A stretch of 62,115 bases of DNA, filler included, from Chiloscyllium plagiosum (Eukaryota), in the NCBI RefSeq assembly GCF_004010195.1. It is 3 parts of one record of this genome, joined end to end, with 100 filler letters (N's around TTAATTAATTAA, not from the genome) between each part and the next. Parts side by side here need not be neighbours in the genome. Positions count along the whole stretch, not along the records: positions 1 to 23,716 come from NC_057717.1; 2 more parts are not named here. One strand, given 5' to 3'. Shown here piece by piece: positions 1 through 13,698 of the stretch; the stretch's first letter is position 1; each line of letters begins with the position of its first letter. A program made the position numbers and the translations under genes. The notes beneath the pieces were generated by a model that did no database searches, was not told the DNA's origin, and worked only from the letters and a program-made list of their open reading frames with translations.

Positions 1-472
1 CTTGACTGGACCTATTCCTACCCAAGTCATTTTTTTACTCCTGACATACCAATAGAAAGCCTTAGGGTTTTCCCTAATCCTACCAACTAAGGACTTTTCA
101 TGTTCCCTCCTTGCTGCTCTTAGCTCTCTCTTCAGATCCTTCCTGGCTACCTTATAACTCTCAATCGCCCCAATTGAACCTTCACACCTCCTCTTTACAT
201 AGGCCGCTCACTTCCCTTTAACAAGGGATTCCAATTCCTTATTAAACCACGGCTCCCTCACACGACCCTTTACTCCCTGCCTTACAGGTACATACTTATC
301 AAGGACACTCAATAGTTGCTCCTTGAACAAGCTCCACATATCAATTGCGCCCTTCCCTTGAAGCCTACTTTTCCAAGCCACGCATCCTAAGTCGTGCCTC
401 ACGGCATCATGATTTCCCTTCCCCCAGCTATAACTCTTGCCCTTCAGTGCACACTTATCCCTCTCCATGACT
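1..472 (-). mobile_element. CR1-clade LINE ORF2 fragment (region between endonuclease and RT)
   Basis: ORF 208..468(-) 'WGKGNHDAVRHDL..W...MWSLFKEQL...YVPVR...EPWFNKELESLVKGK' resembles CR1 ORF2 linker; truncated by next element. Confidence 0.8.
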
Positions 473-548
473 AGAGATCTTTCTGGACAAGACCTTCAGC
501 GAGGTTATTGCACCAATTGTACCAGAAGAGAGCAGAAGAGAGCAGACG

Positions 549-1220
549 ATGAGGAAGGCAGAGAGGAGACAGGTGCAAAAGACCCCAGGGGAAGTACCTG
601 TCAGGAACAAGCTGAATCTTTTGGAAACAGTAGAGACAGATGGCCCTGCCAGTCCGCGAGGCGGCCAGGTCTGTCAATTAAAAGTTGGCGTGGAGACAGA
701 GCAGAAGAGTCAGACATCGCACAGAGCAGTGGTAATAGTGAGAGGAACTGCCCGGGGTTTTTGTGGCAGCAGACGGGACGTAAGGATGGTGTGTTGCCTT
801 CCTGGTGCCAGGGTTAAAGACATCACAGACATAGTGTAGGAAATCCTCAAGGACGAAGGTGAAGAGCCAGAGGTGGTGGTACATGTCAGCACAAATGATG
901 TCGGGAATAAGAGGAGAAATATACTACAGCGGGACTTCGGAGAACTAGGAAGAAGGCTGAAAAGCAGGACGTCCAAGGTGGTTATCTCCTGTTTGCTTCC
1001 AGTTTCTCGGGCTGGTGAGGCCAGAAACAGGGAGATAATGGGCTTGAACGTGTGGCTGGGGAACTGGTGCAGGAAGCAAGGATTTAAATTCTTGGATCAC
1101 TGGGGTATGTTTTGTGGTAAGCATAAATTGTACATGAGAGACGGTTTGCATCTTAATAGGTTCGGGACCAGCATTCTGGCAGGCAGGTTTGCTACTGCAA
1201 CACAGCTACGTTTAAACTAG
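549..1220 (+). pseudogene. CR1 ORF1 SGNH/GDSL esterase domain, disrupted
   Basis: VCCLPGARV, VVHVSTND, DGLHLN motifs; in-frame stop at 837-839; GDS motif lost. Confidence 0.85.
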
Positions 1221-1346
1221 GTAGCGGGAGGGGGAGGGGACAAACTGGATGTTTAAGAAGGAAATTGGAGGGAAAGTTAGAACAAGGGAAGTTAAGAAAG
1301 ACAACTGTATCAATGAGGCAGTAAACTCTGAACGGGATCATGAAGG

Positions 1347-4086
1347 TTGAGTGAAATAGCAGTTGATGGGAAGGGTGAGGGCGGTAACAAATTAAAAATA
1401 CTATACATGAATGCACGAAGCATTAGAAATAAGATGGATGAGCTCGAGGCTGTTTTGGAAATTTGCAGCTACAATATTGTGTGGATAACTGAGACGTGGC
1501 TTCAAGTGGACAGGGCCTGGGAAATGAATATTCAAGGCTACACGTGCTATCGTAAGGACAGACTGACGGGCAGAGGGGGTGGGTTGGCCATATTGGTAAG
1601 GGAGGACCTAGAATCAGGGGATGTAGAGTCAGTGTGGATAGAGCTCAGAAATAGTAAGGGTCAAAAGACCCCCTTGGGAGTTATCTACAGGCCCCCAAAC
1701 AGTAGTCTGAATGTCGGATGTAATTTAAATCAGGAGCTGAAATTAGCCTGTCGCAAAGATGTTACTACAGTTGTTATGGGGGATTTCAACATGCAGGTAG
1801 ACTGGGAGAATCAGGATGGTATTGGACCTCAAGAAAGAGACTTTGTGGAGTGCCTCAGAGGTGGATTCTTAAAACAGCTGGTGCTGGGGTCGACCAGGGA
1901 GAAGGCAATTCTGCATCTGGTATTGTGCAAATAACCAGAATTGGTCAGGGACCTCGAAGTGAAGGAGCCATTGGGTAGTAGTGACCATAATACAATAAGC
2001 TTCAATCTGCAATTTGAGAGGGAGAGAGTACATTCGGAAGTGACAACTTTGCAGTTGGATAAAGGGAACTATGGGGTTATGAGGGAGGAGCAGGCCAAAG
2101 TTCAATGGTGCAATACCTGAGCAGGGATGACAGTGGAGGAATGGCAGATATTTGCCGTGGCTGACGAGGGAAGTTAAGAAACATATAAAGTTAAAAGAGA
2201 AAAAGTATAACATAGCAAAGATAAGTGGGAAAACGGAGGACTGGGAAGCTTTTAAAGAACAACAGAGGATTACTAAGAAGGAAATATGCAGAGGAAAAAT
2301 GAGGTAGGAAGGTAAACTGGCCAAAAATATAAAGGAGGATAGTAAAAGCTTTTTTAGGTATGTGAAAGGGAAAAAAATGGTTAAGACTAAAATTGGGCCC
2401 TTGAAGACAGAAACAGTGGAATATATTACGGGGAACTAAGAAATGGCAGATGAATTGAATTGGTACTTCAGATCTGTGTTCACTGGGGAAGACACTATCA
2501 ATCTCCCTGAGGTAACAGTGGCTGAAGGACCTGAACTGAAGGGAATTTATATTTGCCAGGAATTAGTGTTGGAGAGACTGTTAGGTCTGAAGGTTGATAA
2601 GTCCCCGGGGCCTGATGGTCTACATCCCAGGGTACTGAAGGAGGTGACTCGAGAAATCGTGGATGTGTTCGTGATTACTTTCCAGAGTTCGATAGATTTG
2701 GGATCAGTTCCTGCAGATTGGAGGGTTGCTAATGTTATGCCACTTTTTAGGAAAGGTGGGAGAGAGAAAGCAGGAAATTATAGACCAGTTAGTCTGACCT
2801 CAGTGGTGGGAATGATACTGGAGTCTATTATAAATGATGAAATTAGGACACGTCTGGATAGTAGTAACAGGATAGTTCAGAATCAGCATGGATTTATAAA
2901 GGGGAAATCATGCTTGACCAAAACTTCTGGAAGTTTTTGAGGATGTAACTCTGAAGATGGACGAGGGAGATTCAGTAGGTTTCGTGTACCTGGACTTTCA
3001 GAAAGCCTTTGATAAAGTCCCACATAGGAGGTTAGTGAGCAAAATTAGGGCGCATTGTACTGGGGGCAAAGTACTAACTTGGACTGAAAGTTGGTTGGCT
3101 GATAGGAAACAAGAGTGGTGTTAAACGGCTCCATTTCGGAATGGCAGGCAGTGACCAGTCGTGTACCGCAGGGATCAGTACTGGGACCGCAGCTTTTTAC
3201 AATATATGTTAATGATATAGAAGATGGTATTCGTAACAACATTAGCAAATTTGCTGATGATACTAAGCTGGGTGGCAGGGTAAAATGTGATGAGGATGTG
3301 AGGCGATTGCAGGGTGACCTGAACAAGTTAGGTGAGTGGTCAGATGCATGGCAGATGCTGTTTAATGTGGATAAATGTATGGTTATCCACTTTGGTGGCA
3401 AGAACAGGAAGGCAGATTACTACCTAAATGGAATAAATTTAGGTAAAGGGGCAGTACAGAGAGATCTGGGTGTTCTTGTACACCAGTCAATGAAGGTAAG
3501 CATGTATGTACAGCAGGTAGTGAAGAAGGTGAATAGCATGCTGGCCTTCATAACAAGAGTGATTGAGTATACAACAAAGAGGTTCTTCTGCAGCTGTACA
3601 GGGCCCTGGGGAGACCACACCTGGAGTACTGTGTGCAGTTCTGGTCTCCAAATTTGAGGAAAGATTCTGGCTATTGAGGGAGTGCAGCGTAGGTTCACGA
3701 GGTCAATTCCTGGAATGGCGGGATGACCTTACACTGAAAGACTGGAGCGACTGGGGGTTGGACACTCTTCAGTTGAGAAGACTGAGAGGGGATATGATTG
3801 AGACATATAAGATTATGAAAGGATTAGACACTCTGGAGGCAGGAAACATATTTCCGCTGATGGGTGAGTACCGAACTAGAGGTCACAGATTAAAAATACA
3901 GGTTAGATCATTTAGGACAGAGATGAGGAGAAACTTTTCACCCAGAGAGTGGTGTCTGTGTGGAATGCTCTGCCCCAGAGGGCAGTAGAGGTCCAGTCTC
4001 TGGATTCATTTAAGAAAAAGTTGTTTAGAGCACTCAAGGATAGTGGAATCAATGTTTATGGAGATAAGGCTGGAACAGGATACTGA
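1347..4086 (+). pseudogene. CR1 ORF2 (AP endonuclease + reverse transcriptase), multiple stops/frameshifts
   Basis: YMNARSIRNK, ITETWL, IYRPP, MGDFN; KSPGPDG, NYRPVSLTS, VPQGSVLGP, SKFADDTKL. Confidence 0.92.
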
Positions 4087-4172
4087 TTAAGGATGATCAG
4101 CCATGATCATATTCAATGGTGGTGCAGGCTCGAAGGGCAGAATGGCCTACTCCTGCACCTATTGTCTATTGT

Positions 4173-5201
4173 TGCACCACCACGAGGATACATACAGGAA
4201 TAGAATAGGAAGGACTAATACTATGCTCTGAGTTGAAATTCGGAACGCTGCTTCGGTAAAACCATACCCCTACACTCTTCATCCTCACAAAATCACATCG
4301 GCCCAGAAGGAGGTGGATGCGATGCTCAACGAAGATATCTTTGAACTTGGTCGGAGTGAATGCGTTTTTCGATTGTGGTAGTTCCAAAACCTGACGGGAC
4401 CAACAATTTTGAGTAGACTATCGGAAGTTCAATGCCATAACTTAATGAGAGTCCTACCTAGTACCTAGATTGGAGGAGTGTGTAGATAAAGTTTGATAAG
4501 CCACTTCCATAATGAAGCATAAATTGCCGCATTATTATTCTCAGTTAACCTTTTTCAGTGAAAGCACATGAGGTTTCTGCTTGTAATTAGAAATGGGCTA
4601 CATCATGACAAAATGTTGCCTTTTGGAAAGAAAACACACCAGCCACATTCCAATGACACATGAGCAGAGTTGAGGCTAGATTAAAGAATTGTGCATTTAA
4701 ACACGACGACGTCGTGATCTTTCGCCATTCATCAAAAGATCACATGGTACTTTTGGAACAGCTGATAATAATTACAGAAAGTAAAACTGGTTGAAAATGT
4801 TAAAGAATATATCATTCGCAAAGGCAGAGGTGACGTTCTTTGGACATAGCATTGGACGTGGCAGGCTGACCACAAGGACGGTGAAGAAGAAGGCCATCGA
4901 GGAATTTCCACGACCATACCCGAGGAAAGATGTCCTTCGAATTTTGGAAAAGATCGAAGTCTATGGAAATATTGTATCAAACTTCGGCAACGTGTTAGCA
5001 CCGTTGAGGTGTTTACAACGGAAGGTCACAAACTTTTGGTCGACAGAACAATGCCAGGAGACATTTGCGAATTTACAAGCCATATGAACCACCGCAACAG
5101 TTTTAGTTGAACCAAGTTTTTTGAAACCTTTCAAATTTAGAATCGACGCAAGCGATGCAGTGGTTGGAGTTGCTCTGATGCCGGAAGAAGAGGATGGAAT
5201 T
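4173..5201 (+). mobile_element. Decayed Ty3/Gypsy pol fragment (RT to start of RNase H)
   Basis: IVVVPKPDGT..VDYRKFNAIT at ~4370-4440; FAKAEVTFFGH, AIEEFPRP; KPFKFRIDASDAVVGVALM; cut off by LTR at 5202. Confidence 0.8.
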
Positions 5202-5800
5202 TGTGACGATGCTGCTTCTTTAACAATGCTCTACTGTCCTCGGTATTATTTTCAGACGGTTCACAAAGTCCGATGTTGCGAAAGTTGTGGGTTTATCTCT
5301 CAAGAATGTTTTAAAGTCTTTCCTTTAATACGCATGTACATTGAAAGGGGAGTGGCTTGTTTCCCCAGTTCGGGTTTATTTTAATTTAGTTTAGTTTGGT
5401 GGAATTATTTTGCCGTCAGCTTTTCAGGATATTGGTTAAACAAACAGCTTCATGGTAATCGTCTCTCTCTCTCTCCCTTTCTGACATCTCTTGTAAGCAC
5501 CTTTGTAACATTTTGCCTTTTTCGCAGGATTTTTTATGGAGATATTACAAGTATTTGGAACATCATCATTAAGTTTCTGTAGTCTCGATTTGATTTTCAA
5601 TAATTTACATTATAGTAAAGTAGGCTTTGTTTTGTTGTTGTTGTGTGACGTAAATTAAATTTTGATTGAAACTGAGTGGATGGGCCAGCTGGATCCCTCC
5701 TGGAATATCAAACTTACACCTCCCTCAAACAGCTAGAAAATGTTCCGGTCTGGACTACCTTCTAGGAATCTTTTGAGGGGGTCTAGCTTAATCTGTAACA
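5202..5800 (+). mobile_element. Gypsy-type LTR (5' LTR of Gmr1-like element)
   Basis: TGTGAC...GTAACA termini, followed by degenerate PBS-like TTTGAAGTTCGTTGTGGGA and gag. Confidence 0.65.
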
Positions 5801-7400
5801 TATTTGAAGTTCGTTGTGGGAGTCCTTCTTTAGGTTTGTGATTTCTGGATTCAAAGGCAGTGAGTGTGGATGACCTTTCTTCCTGCAGTTGAGATAGGTT
5901 GTATTGAACAGTACTTGATGTATTAATTTCCCCTTGAGTTTGTTTTTGAGATGGAAGAACTGACTTTGAGGCTTCTACAAAAGACGAACGAGGAAAAGCT
6001 GCTGGAATTGGCAGTTAAGCTGAAGTTAGAGTTATTTTCGTTCGTAAGAAACGGAGATTAATTACAGCCATAGCTTAGCATTTAACTTTGCTGGGAAGGT
6101 CAGCGGAATACTTACAGAATGGCTAAACTTCAGTTGAGAATGAACGAGCTTAAGTGAAAGGCAAAAGAAAAAGAAAGAGTAAAACCAATCAAATAGTTTA
6201 AATGTTGATTAAAACTGAATAGAAAGAGAATAATGTATTGCGACGGCAGAATAAAAAGAAAGACAGAGGGAAGAAAGAGAAAAGGAGAGAGGTTTAACTT
6301 CTAAAAATAACTGTTAGTCAGGAGAGTCAGCTTAACTGTATGGAGAGGAAGGCTGAAGGTAAGCTTAGTGAGGAAGAGTATGGGGATGAGCAAAGCTGTG
6401 ACAGGCAAAGGCCTGGTGGTGATATGCTTAAACGTATTAAGATGTTGCCTAATTTTGATGAGAAGGATGTAGAGGCCTTTTCCATCTCATTCGAAAAGGA
6501 GGTTAAGGAAGTGCAGTGACCATAGGCCACTACTCCTTTGTGAATTCAAACAAAATTTATCTTTCGAGCTAGTGACGTATTTGCTCACTGTCACAGGAAG
6601 TAACAGGGCTTAAGAGGTGGTGAAGGATGCCATCTTAAACGCGTGTAAACGTCTGCCCTAAAAATTACAGTCAAAATTTAGGGAATCAAAACAGGGATCA
6701 TGGTCATTCCTACATTGAATTCGAAAGAGTAAAACAAAGTAGCATCGATAGGTGGATAATGGCTTTTAAAATAGAGCAAACCTCGGATGCTCTCACTGAG
6801 AAGATTACTTCGGATGAGTTCACAAATTCGCATCCTGAAATAACGAGAAGTCATTTGGAAGAGCAGAGAGTTAACAGCACAAGATCAGCAGTTGAAATGG
6901 CTGACGACTATGGGTTGGCTCATGAATGAAAATTTGGCTTCCAACTTCAGTTCAGTCTGCAAGGGGAGAAGTTAGGGAAATGAGAAATTCTGATGTGGTA
7001 AGGGAATGTTTGATATCAGTGAAGATCATAATGATAACTTACCACAGATTTTAAAATGTAAACCCGTGAAGAGGGCATAGAATTTAAAAGGCTCCGTTGT
7101 TTTTACTCCAATAAACTTGGCCACACGAAATGCAGTATTTATGAATTGATAAAAGTATTGGAAAATATTGCGAAGCCACGTGTACGAAACCATAATATGC
7201 GAATGAATATTGTTGGAGTGCGAATGCAAAGGACAGTGGAGTCTAAAACGCTGCCCTGAATATCCAAAATGGTTAGGGGTTGGTTAATGAGGAAGAGTCA
7301 AACCGTTTTAAACGATACCCTTGAGAAAGTAAAGTTTGCAATCATTCCAGGAGCAGCAAGTACAGAGGTGAAACTATTCACAATACTATAATATCCCTGT
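5801..7400 (+). mobile_element. Decayed Gmr1-like Gypsy gag (coiled coil, SCAN-like capsid, zinc knuckle remnant)
   Basis: LLELAVKLKL (~6000), LPNFDEKDVEAFSISFEK (~6445-6498), CFYSNKLGHTK (~7098-7130). Confidence 0.7.
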
Positions 7401-7469
7401 CGAAGTGGTGTCCTTCCTCATTCGTATGTAAGGATACGAGTGAGAGTGGGTCATGTCTCACCAAACCAA

Positions 7470-7645
7470 GGAAAACACAACACAGAAATAGAAAGCGGGC
7501 TTTGCTACCAGGGCATCATCTGGAGGCTCACTGATGGTGTTAACTAGTATGGTTACGAAACGTCTGAAAACGAACCTTCCAGGTCAGCGAGAGAACCTGA
7601 ATCCACAACCTCAACCTGAGCTACAAGTCTTCTCAAAGCTCGCTC
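7470..7645 (+). mobile_element. Penelope-like element 3' end with degenerate hammerhead motif
   Basis: TCA-CTGATGG-stem-GAAACGTC-TGA at 7528-7567; related copy at ~11620-11820. Confidence 0.55.
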
Positions 7646-8926
7646 ATTCAAATAATTGTCAAAACAGCAACGAAAATTCATGTATCCTTTAAACAGTTAA
7701 CTGTTCGATAGATCTATTTTGGATCAGCTCGTCTCTCAGACTTTCAATTCGTGCAGCTGAGCCTGCACTTTAAGTTTGCCTCCAAGTCCAGAAACCCCCT
7801 CCGCTTTATCTGAACACACATGTTTCTGAATTCCTAAAATCTCGCCCTTAAGAAAAAAAATGAACAATCGTAATACAAACATATCTTCATTTTTTGTCTC
7901 TGAATCTTAAAACCATTATTATGAAATACATATGACATTTATCTAAGTGATCTATTTCATATTAATTCGACGTACACAGAAAATATTGAATCAATATGGT
8001 TCATAAGGAACAATGGAACAGATGCTATATGTAATTCGGAAGAGGAACTCGATGAGAAAATAACTGATCAGGAAAATGTTTAAAGGGTTGCAGGCCCCTT
8101 TAAAAGGTTGAACATTTTGTTAAATCATTGGTGTGAATTGCACAACTTGGTATATTGTCATATAGGAAGTAAACGATGTCCACTGTCAATTTTAGAACGA
8201 TTGCGATGGTGTGAGTACATGGTCAAATTGATTGGGGAATTGGGGAATTGATTCCGAAACTATAACTTTGTAACTCAATGCGTGATATGCACATGAAGAA
8301 CTGACAGCCCACTTCCAACTTACAGTATGTTTAATTGCTATCGCACAGAACAACTGGAGGAAATTTTCACAAAAACGTTGAAAATGGAAAGACGAACCGA
8401 GGGAGAGAAAGAGAGAGTGAAACCGACAGTCTGCTTGATCTTGCTCTCACTGGACCGAGTGTACATTTATTCATTCGTGGTGACATGTGGTTCTATGTCA
8501 TCTAAGTTTTCTTTATGCCCAAGAACTCGAGATCCGGGAATGCTTTCATTTATGTTTGCATGTTGGAAATCCGTGATGATTTTAAAATGTTGTCTATACC
8601 TTTTTTATTTTCGATCTTGCACGGTAAATGTCAATCCCCTATGAGGGACTTTCCGTACTCATTAAAATCTATATCTGTCAGGAATNNNNNNNNNNNNNNN
8701 NNNNNNNNNNNNNNNNNNNNNNNNNNNNNNNNNNNNNNNNNNNNNNNNNNNNNNNNNNNNNNNNNNNNNNNNNNNNNNNNNNNNNNNNNNNNNNNCATGT
8801 GCTGGGGGGGGGGGGGCACACTAATATAGAGCAGATAGCATTCCCAGAAGCTAGGTGATGTTAAAGTCTGAGTGCTGAGTGGTATACAGAAGGCGAAAAA
8901 GGGAACAAGAAAAACATGAATTGATC

Positions 8927-10940
8927 AGTGCTACTGGCCGTTCCCTTATTCAGAACTGCATTAGTCCCATCTTGCAAACCCAAACCCTACATTTCGGAAA
9001 TCGCTGAGGTTCCGTTTTGGGACTGGTCAACTTTTTCAAGCAGTGGCTTTCAAACGTTCCAACTCACGCTAAAAAGAACACTCCATATTCCTCTTCGAAA
9101 GTTGCCTTTAAGTTTCTCCTATCTAATTCGGCGAAACAGCCATGTTTTGCCATCAAAAACGCCTTGGCTGCAGCTCCAGCTCTCGTGCGTCCACTGTACG
9201 ACAGAGCTTCTCAGTTGTATGTTAATGTACAAGATAAACTGGCACTCCTGTTCTAACGCAGCAGCATGACGACCTTGGCTAATTATTCAAATAAGTTTCA
9301 TCTAATGGCCAGTGGACTCCCTCCCTGCTTCAAATCCTTACTGCTGTCCATTTTAATGCAGGTGTCTTCTAAGTTGACCTTCCACTAGCCCGTACAAGTA
9401 TACACCTCACACTCTCTTTTGGTCTTTCTTACCACTAAGCAGAACAAGCAACTTACCCAAACTCGTCTGAGCCTCCACGAGGTCTCACTATTCCAGAACC
9501 CTTTTCATTCCTGCCCAACTGTAAATGCTGCTACGTTCCTTGAGCAATCCCCTGACGATATCACTGATGTCCGCATGATCGTGAGCTGAGGAATCAATTC
9601 ATTACAGCCGCTCACCCCAATTTGACGGGCTTCCAATTTGAGTACCCTACCCTCATATTTTATATTGATCGTTTTTCCTGTCTTTCCCCGTACAGTTTCT
9701 GGCAGTAAGGCAATGCTATTGTAACAGACACTGGAGTCGGCTGCTTTTCGGATCCCCACCTCGGCACAGAAACCCGAGCTGTTTGCCCATACTAGAGCTT
9801 TTTTCCGAGCCACTGATAAAATTGCCACTTTACACCGATTCCAGCAGGCAATGGTATTCTGCTTCCTCGTCAATCGGCTGTTATTAAATGTACTGCTGAC
9901 ACAAAGGTGGGCACTCTGGTACAATTAAAAAATGTCTGTCCAGATTCAGCTACGAAGGAGGCATCCGCATCAGCCATTATAATTGTTCAAACGAAAGGAA
10001 ATCTGGCTCCAAATCAAACACCTACTTTGGGGTCAAAAAGCGTGCCAGATCGAACTGTGATTCAATATTTACAGAGGGACGTTTCCGACTCTGAGCAGGC
10101 ACTTTGGAAGGCGGTGGCATGCTCGCACTCCTCGACTCGACATCTCTGCTTAATACCAGTCGGTATATTTTGTCTTCCTCATTCTGTGCTACCAGAGCTT
10201 ATTGATTACTTACATTCCTGAACTCATCTTGACAATGAAACAATGCTGCAGCTACTTCTAAAACCCTGGTGAAACTCTGATTTGAATACTCCAGTTCAAA
10301 AGTGGCCTTATTCGTAGGAAGAATAGCAAGGGTAAAGGAATTAAAAGCCCTTGCGGGACTACCCCCTGCCAGATGGTCCTTTTGCATGTTTGCAAATTGA
10401 TTTTATTTAATTTTTAAGGTACAATGTAATGAATACTGTTTAGTAATGGTCGATGTATTTTGCAAATGAATCGAAGCCTTCCCCCGCATTAGTTGTACTG
10501 CACATATATTACTGAAAATATTGTTGACAGAACTTCAGCCCCACTTCGTGTGAAATAAAATGATAAGCACAGACAATGAATCACATTATATGGCTCGAAA
10601 CAAAGGTCAATTGTGTGACCCAGTATCAATTCAATGGCAACAGCACTGCTCTGACACCTGTAGGCAACAGGGATTGTCGAACAGTCCAAAGTTATTTTCA
10701 AAGAGAAATTAGGAAACTTAGTTCAATAAACGTATTAAATTGATTCAATGTATTTCCGTTGGCACTATTTCACATGCGAGTTTCTCCATATTCGTGGACG
10801 GGACTGTCAGCTGCTGAGAAAGCTTATGTCGGCCAAAAAGAACTCCGTGGGATAATCATAATAAACGTCTTGAAGGAGTGGACTTTCACATAATGGGTGA
10901 GCAAATTCAGAACTACTTGAAACAGTTAACACTTTCCCGG
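8927..10940 (+). mobile_element. Decayed endogenous retrovirus pol fragment (RT thumb/tether, RNase H, integrase)
   Basis: IKNALAAAPAL..P.Y..QLYV; SAQKPELFA.TRA; CLVMVDVFCK*IEAFP; many stops. Confidence 0.75.
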
Positions 10941-10949
10941 AAGTGTCGA

Positions 10950-11560
10950 GTCATAGAATATAGATCATAGAACATCCAAGTGCAGGAAGAGCCCTTTGGC
11001 CCACGATGTTGCACCATCCAATTTAACTAATCTGAAGCACGTATCAACTACAATATTCCATTTTGATCCGTATGCCAATCTACTGACCATTTAAATGCCC
11101 TTAAATTTATCGAGTCTACTGCTGTTGCAGGTAGGGTGGTCAACGCTTCTGTTACTCTCTGAGTAAAGAAACTACCTCTTACATCCCTGCTATGTGTATC
11201 ACCATTCAATTGGAATCATCACCATCTAAGGAAAAAGGCTATCACTGTCCATCCTCTGATTTTCTTCTGTTACTCTCTGAGTAAAGAAACTACCTCTTAC
11301 ATCCCTGCTATGTGTATCACCATTCAATTGGAAGCAATACCCCCTCGTGTTAATCATCACCATCTAAGGAAAAAGGCTATCACTGTCCATCCTCTGATTT
11401 TCTTAAACGTCTCAATTAAATCACCTCTCAAGCTTCTTCTGTCCAATGAAAAGAGCCTCAAGTCCCTCAGCGTTTCCTCGTAAGACCTTCCCTCCAGACC
11501 GACCAATATCCTAAGAAATTTCCTCTGAACCCTTTCCAAAGCTTCCACACCCTTGCCATC
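10950..11560 (-). mobile_element. CR1/HER1 LINE 3' fragment with local ~120-140 bp duplication
   Basis: ORF 11357..11578 ALERVQRKF..SYEETLRDLRLFSL..RGDLIE; CATAGAA tail repeats near 10950-10975; ~11148-11266 repeated at 11267-11404. Confidence 0.8.
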
Positions 11561-11619
11561 ATGGTTGCCCACAAACACATGGAGTTGGACGCCATCTACA
11601 CCCTCTGAGAAAAAGAACT

Positions 11620-11820
11620 GGAAACGACATCACCATCCGAAGGAAAACGAAACACGTAAATAGAAGTTAGGGCATTAGATCTTGGTTTCACTGGAGGCTG
11701 ACTGAATGACGTTATCAAGTTTTATGACAAAACATCATAAAATGTATCACTCAGCTCAGCGAGCAAACTTCCATCTAGTAGCTCAACCTGATCTAGAAAT
11801 CTTCTCATAACTCGCTAACT
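11620..11820 (+). mobile_element. Degenerate Penelope-like element 3' end
   Basis: Similar to 7470-7645 (GGAGGCT.ACTGA...CTCAACCTGA.CTA.AA.TCTTCTC...CTCGCT). Confidence 0.5.
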
Positions 11821-11874
11821 GACTGGCCTTTAATTCCAAGGATTATCCTATTTCCTTTCTTGAAAAAGAGAAGA

Positions 11875-12726
11875 ACCTTTGGGACTCTCCAGCTTTCTGG
11901 AACTATTGGGCAGATGGATTTCAATTCAGATAAAATGTGAGGTGATGCATTCAGGTAAGACTACTTTTGGAGCGACTTACATAATGAATGGAAGAGACTT
12001 GGGAAAAGTTGATAGGCAGAGTGATCTGGAAGCGCAATCCATTGTACCCTGAAGGTTGCTGCACATGGGTATAAAGTGGTCAAGAAGGCATATAATATGC
12101 TTGCCTACATTCTACGGGGTATTGAGTAGAAGAGCTGACAAGTCATGTAAACATTGTGCAGGACATTGGTTCAGCCGCATTTAGAATACTGTGTACAGTT
12201 GAGATCACCACATCAGCAAGAGGATATGGACGCTTTGGAGTGGGTGCAGAGAAGGTTTATGAGGATGTTGCCTGCTATGGAAGTTGCTAGGTATGAAGAA
12301 AGGTTGAGTAGGTTAGTGTTATTTTCATGAGAAAAAAGGAGATTGAGGGGGGGATCTGATTGAGGTTCATGAAATCATGAAGAATATAAAGGATGGATAG
12401 AAACAAGCCCTTTATCCAGGGTGAAGCATTTAATAACGAGAGGGCACGATTTCAATGTGAGAAGTGAAAAGTTCAAGGTGTATACAAGCGGCAAATACTA
12501 CCACAGACTGCGGTGAGAGTTTGGAACGCGTTGCCAGCAGAGATGGTAGACAAGCACGATAGATTTATTTAAGATGCGTCTGGATAAATGAAGGAGTAGG
12601 TGGGGAGTAGAGGGATACAGATGCTCAGGTATTGATCGACAGGTCAAGGCAGTACATTTGGATTGGCTCAGGTTTGAAGGGCCAAAGGGCCTGTACCTGG
12701 GCTGTAAATTTTCTTTGCTCTTTGTT
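11875..12726 (+). mobile_element. CR1 LINE 3' fragment
   Basis: W.QMDFN..KCEVMH, LEYCVQ, ALEWVQRRF-like sequence; TTTG(C/T)T tail. Confidence 0.75.
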
Positions 12727-12729
12727 TAT

Positions 12730-13620
12730 CCAGTAGGCACTCAGAATGCAAAGATCACTGCCAAAGGCACACCAATCTCTTCCCTCAATTCCTCTAGTAA
12801 CTGAGGGGATATCCCTTATGGCCCAGGCGATTTATCTGTCCGTATCTTTACCAAATTTTCCGCGCACCCTCCTTCCTCACGCCAAACGTTTTTACATATT
12901 AGTCTGTTTCAGCCTGTCCTCAGAAACATCAATATTCCTTTCAATAGTGAACTCTGAAGCAAACAATTCATTACGATCTTCGCCTACTTCCTCCGTCACA
13001 ATGCACACGTTCTTCTACTATCCCTGATCGGCCCTACCCTCACTCTGACCATCCGTCTATTCCTCACGTAAATGTAGACTGCCTCAGTATTTTCCTTACT
13101 CCTACCCGCTGAATCTTTTTCATACCCCCTTCTTGATCTCCGAAGTCCATTCTTCAGTTGCTTCCTGGCTACATGTTAACACTCGAAACCTTAACTTCTC
13201 AAACTTAAGTATCTTCCTTCGTCCTCTTGAATTGGTGTTCCATATCTTTTGTCACCCAGAGTTATTTCAAAATACCATGCCACCTGTGCCTCACTGGAAC
13301 AAGCCTGTCCAGCACCATCAGCAAATGCTTCGAAAACAATCTCCAAAAGTCTGTCGTGCGTTTCCATGAGCACATCTGTTCCAATTTCGGAGACCTAGTT
13401 CCAGAAGAATAGCATTGAAATCGCCCCTTCCTCAGTTAAATACTTTCCCATATAATCTGCTCTTATCCCTCTCCATGAGTATAGCAAATATCAGAGAGTT
13501 GAGATAACTATCATTGAAGTGCTGTTCCGCCGAGAGATTGACAACTAGCATGGTTCGCTGCCAAGCAGCAAATCCAATATGGCCTTCCCCCTACTCGAAC
13601 TATCTGCATAATGCGTCAGG
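12730..13620 (-). mobile_element. Decayed CR1 ORF2 fragments
   Basis: Resembles CR1 endonuclease C-terminus/linker, same kind as 1-472. Confidence 0.6.
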
Positions 13621-13698
13621 AACGCTGGAATATATATAGATATCATGAATATAATTACACATGTTTTATAGAAATAAAAACTGGACAATATGATTTCC

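Larger units (their letters stand above)
473..4172 (+). mobile_element. Near full-length, 5'-truncated, inactivated CR1 LINE (ORF1 esterase + ORF2 APE/RT)
   Basis: ORF1 and ORF2 motifs in order, 3' UTR ending in CTATTGT-type tail at ~4159-4172. Confidence 0.92.
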
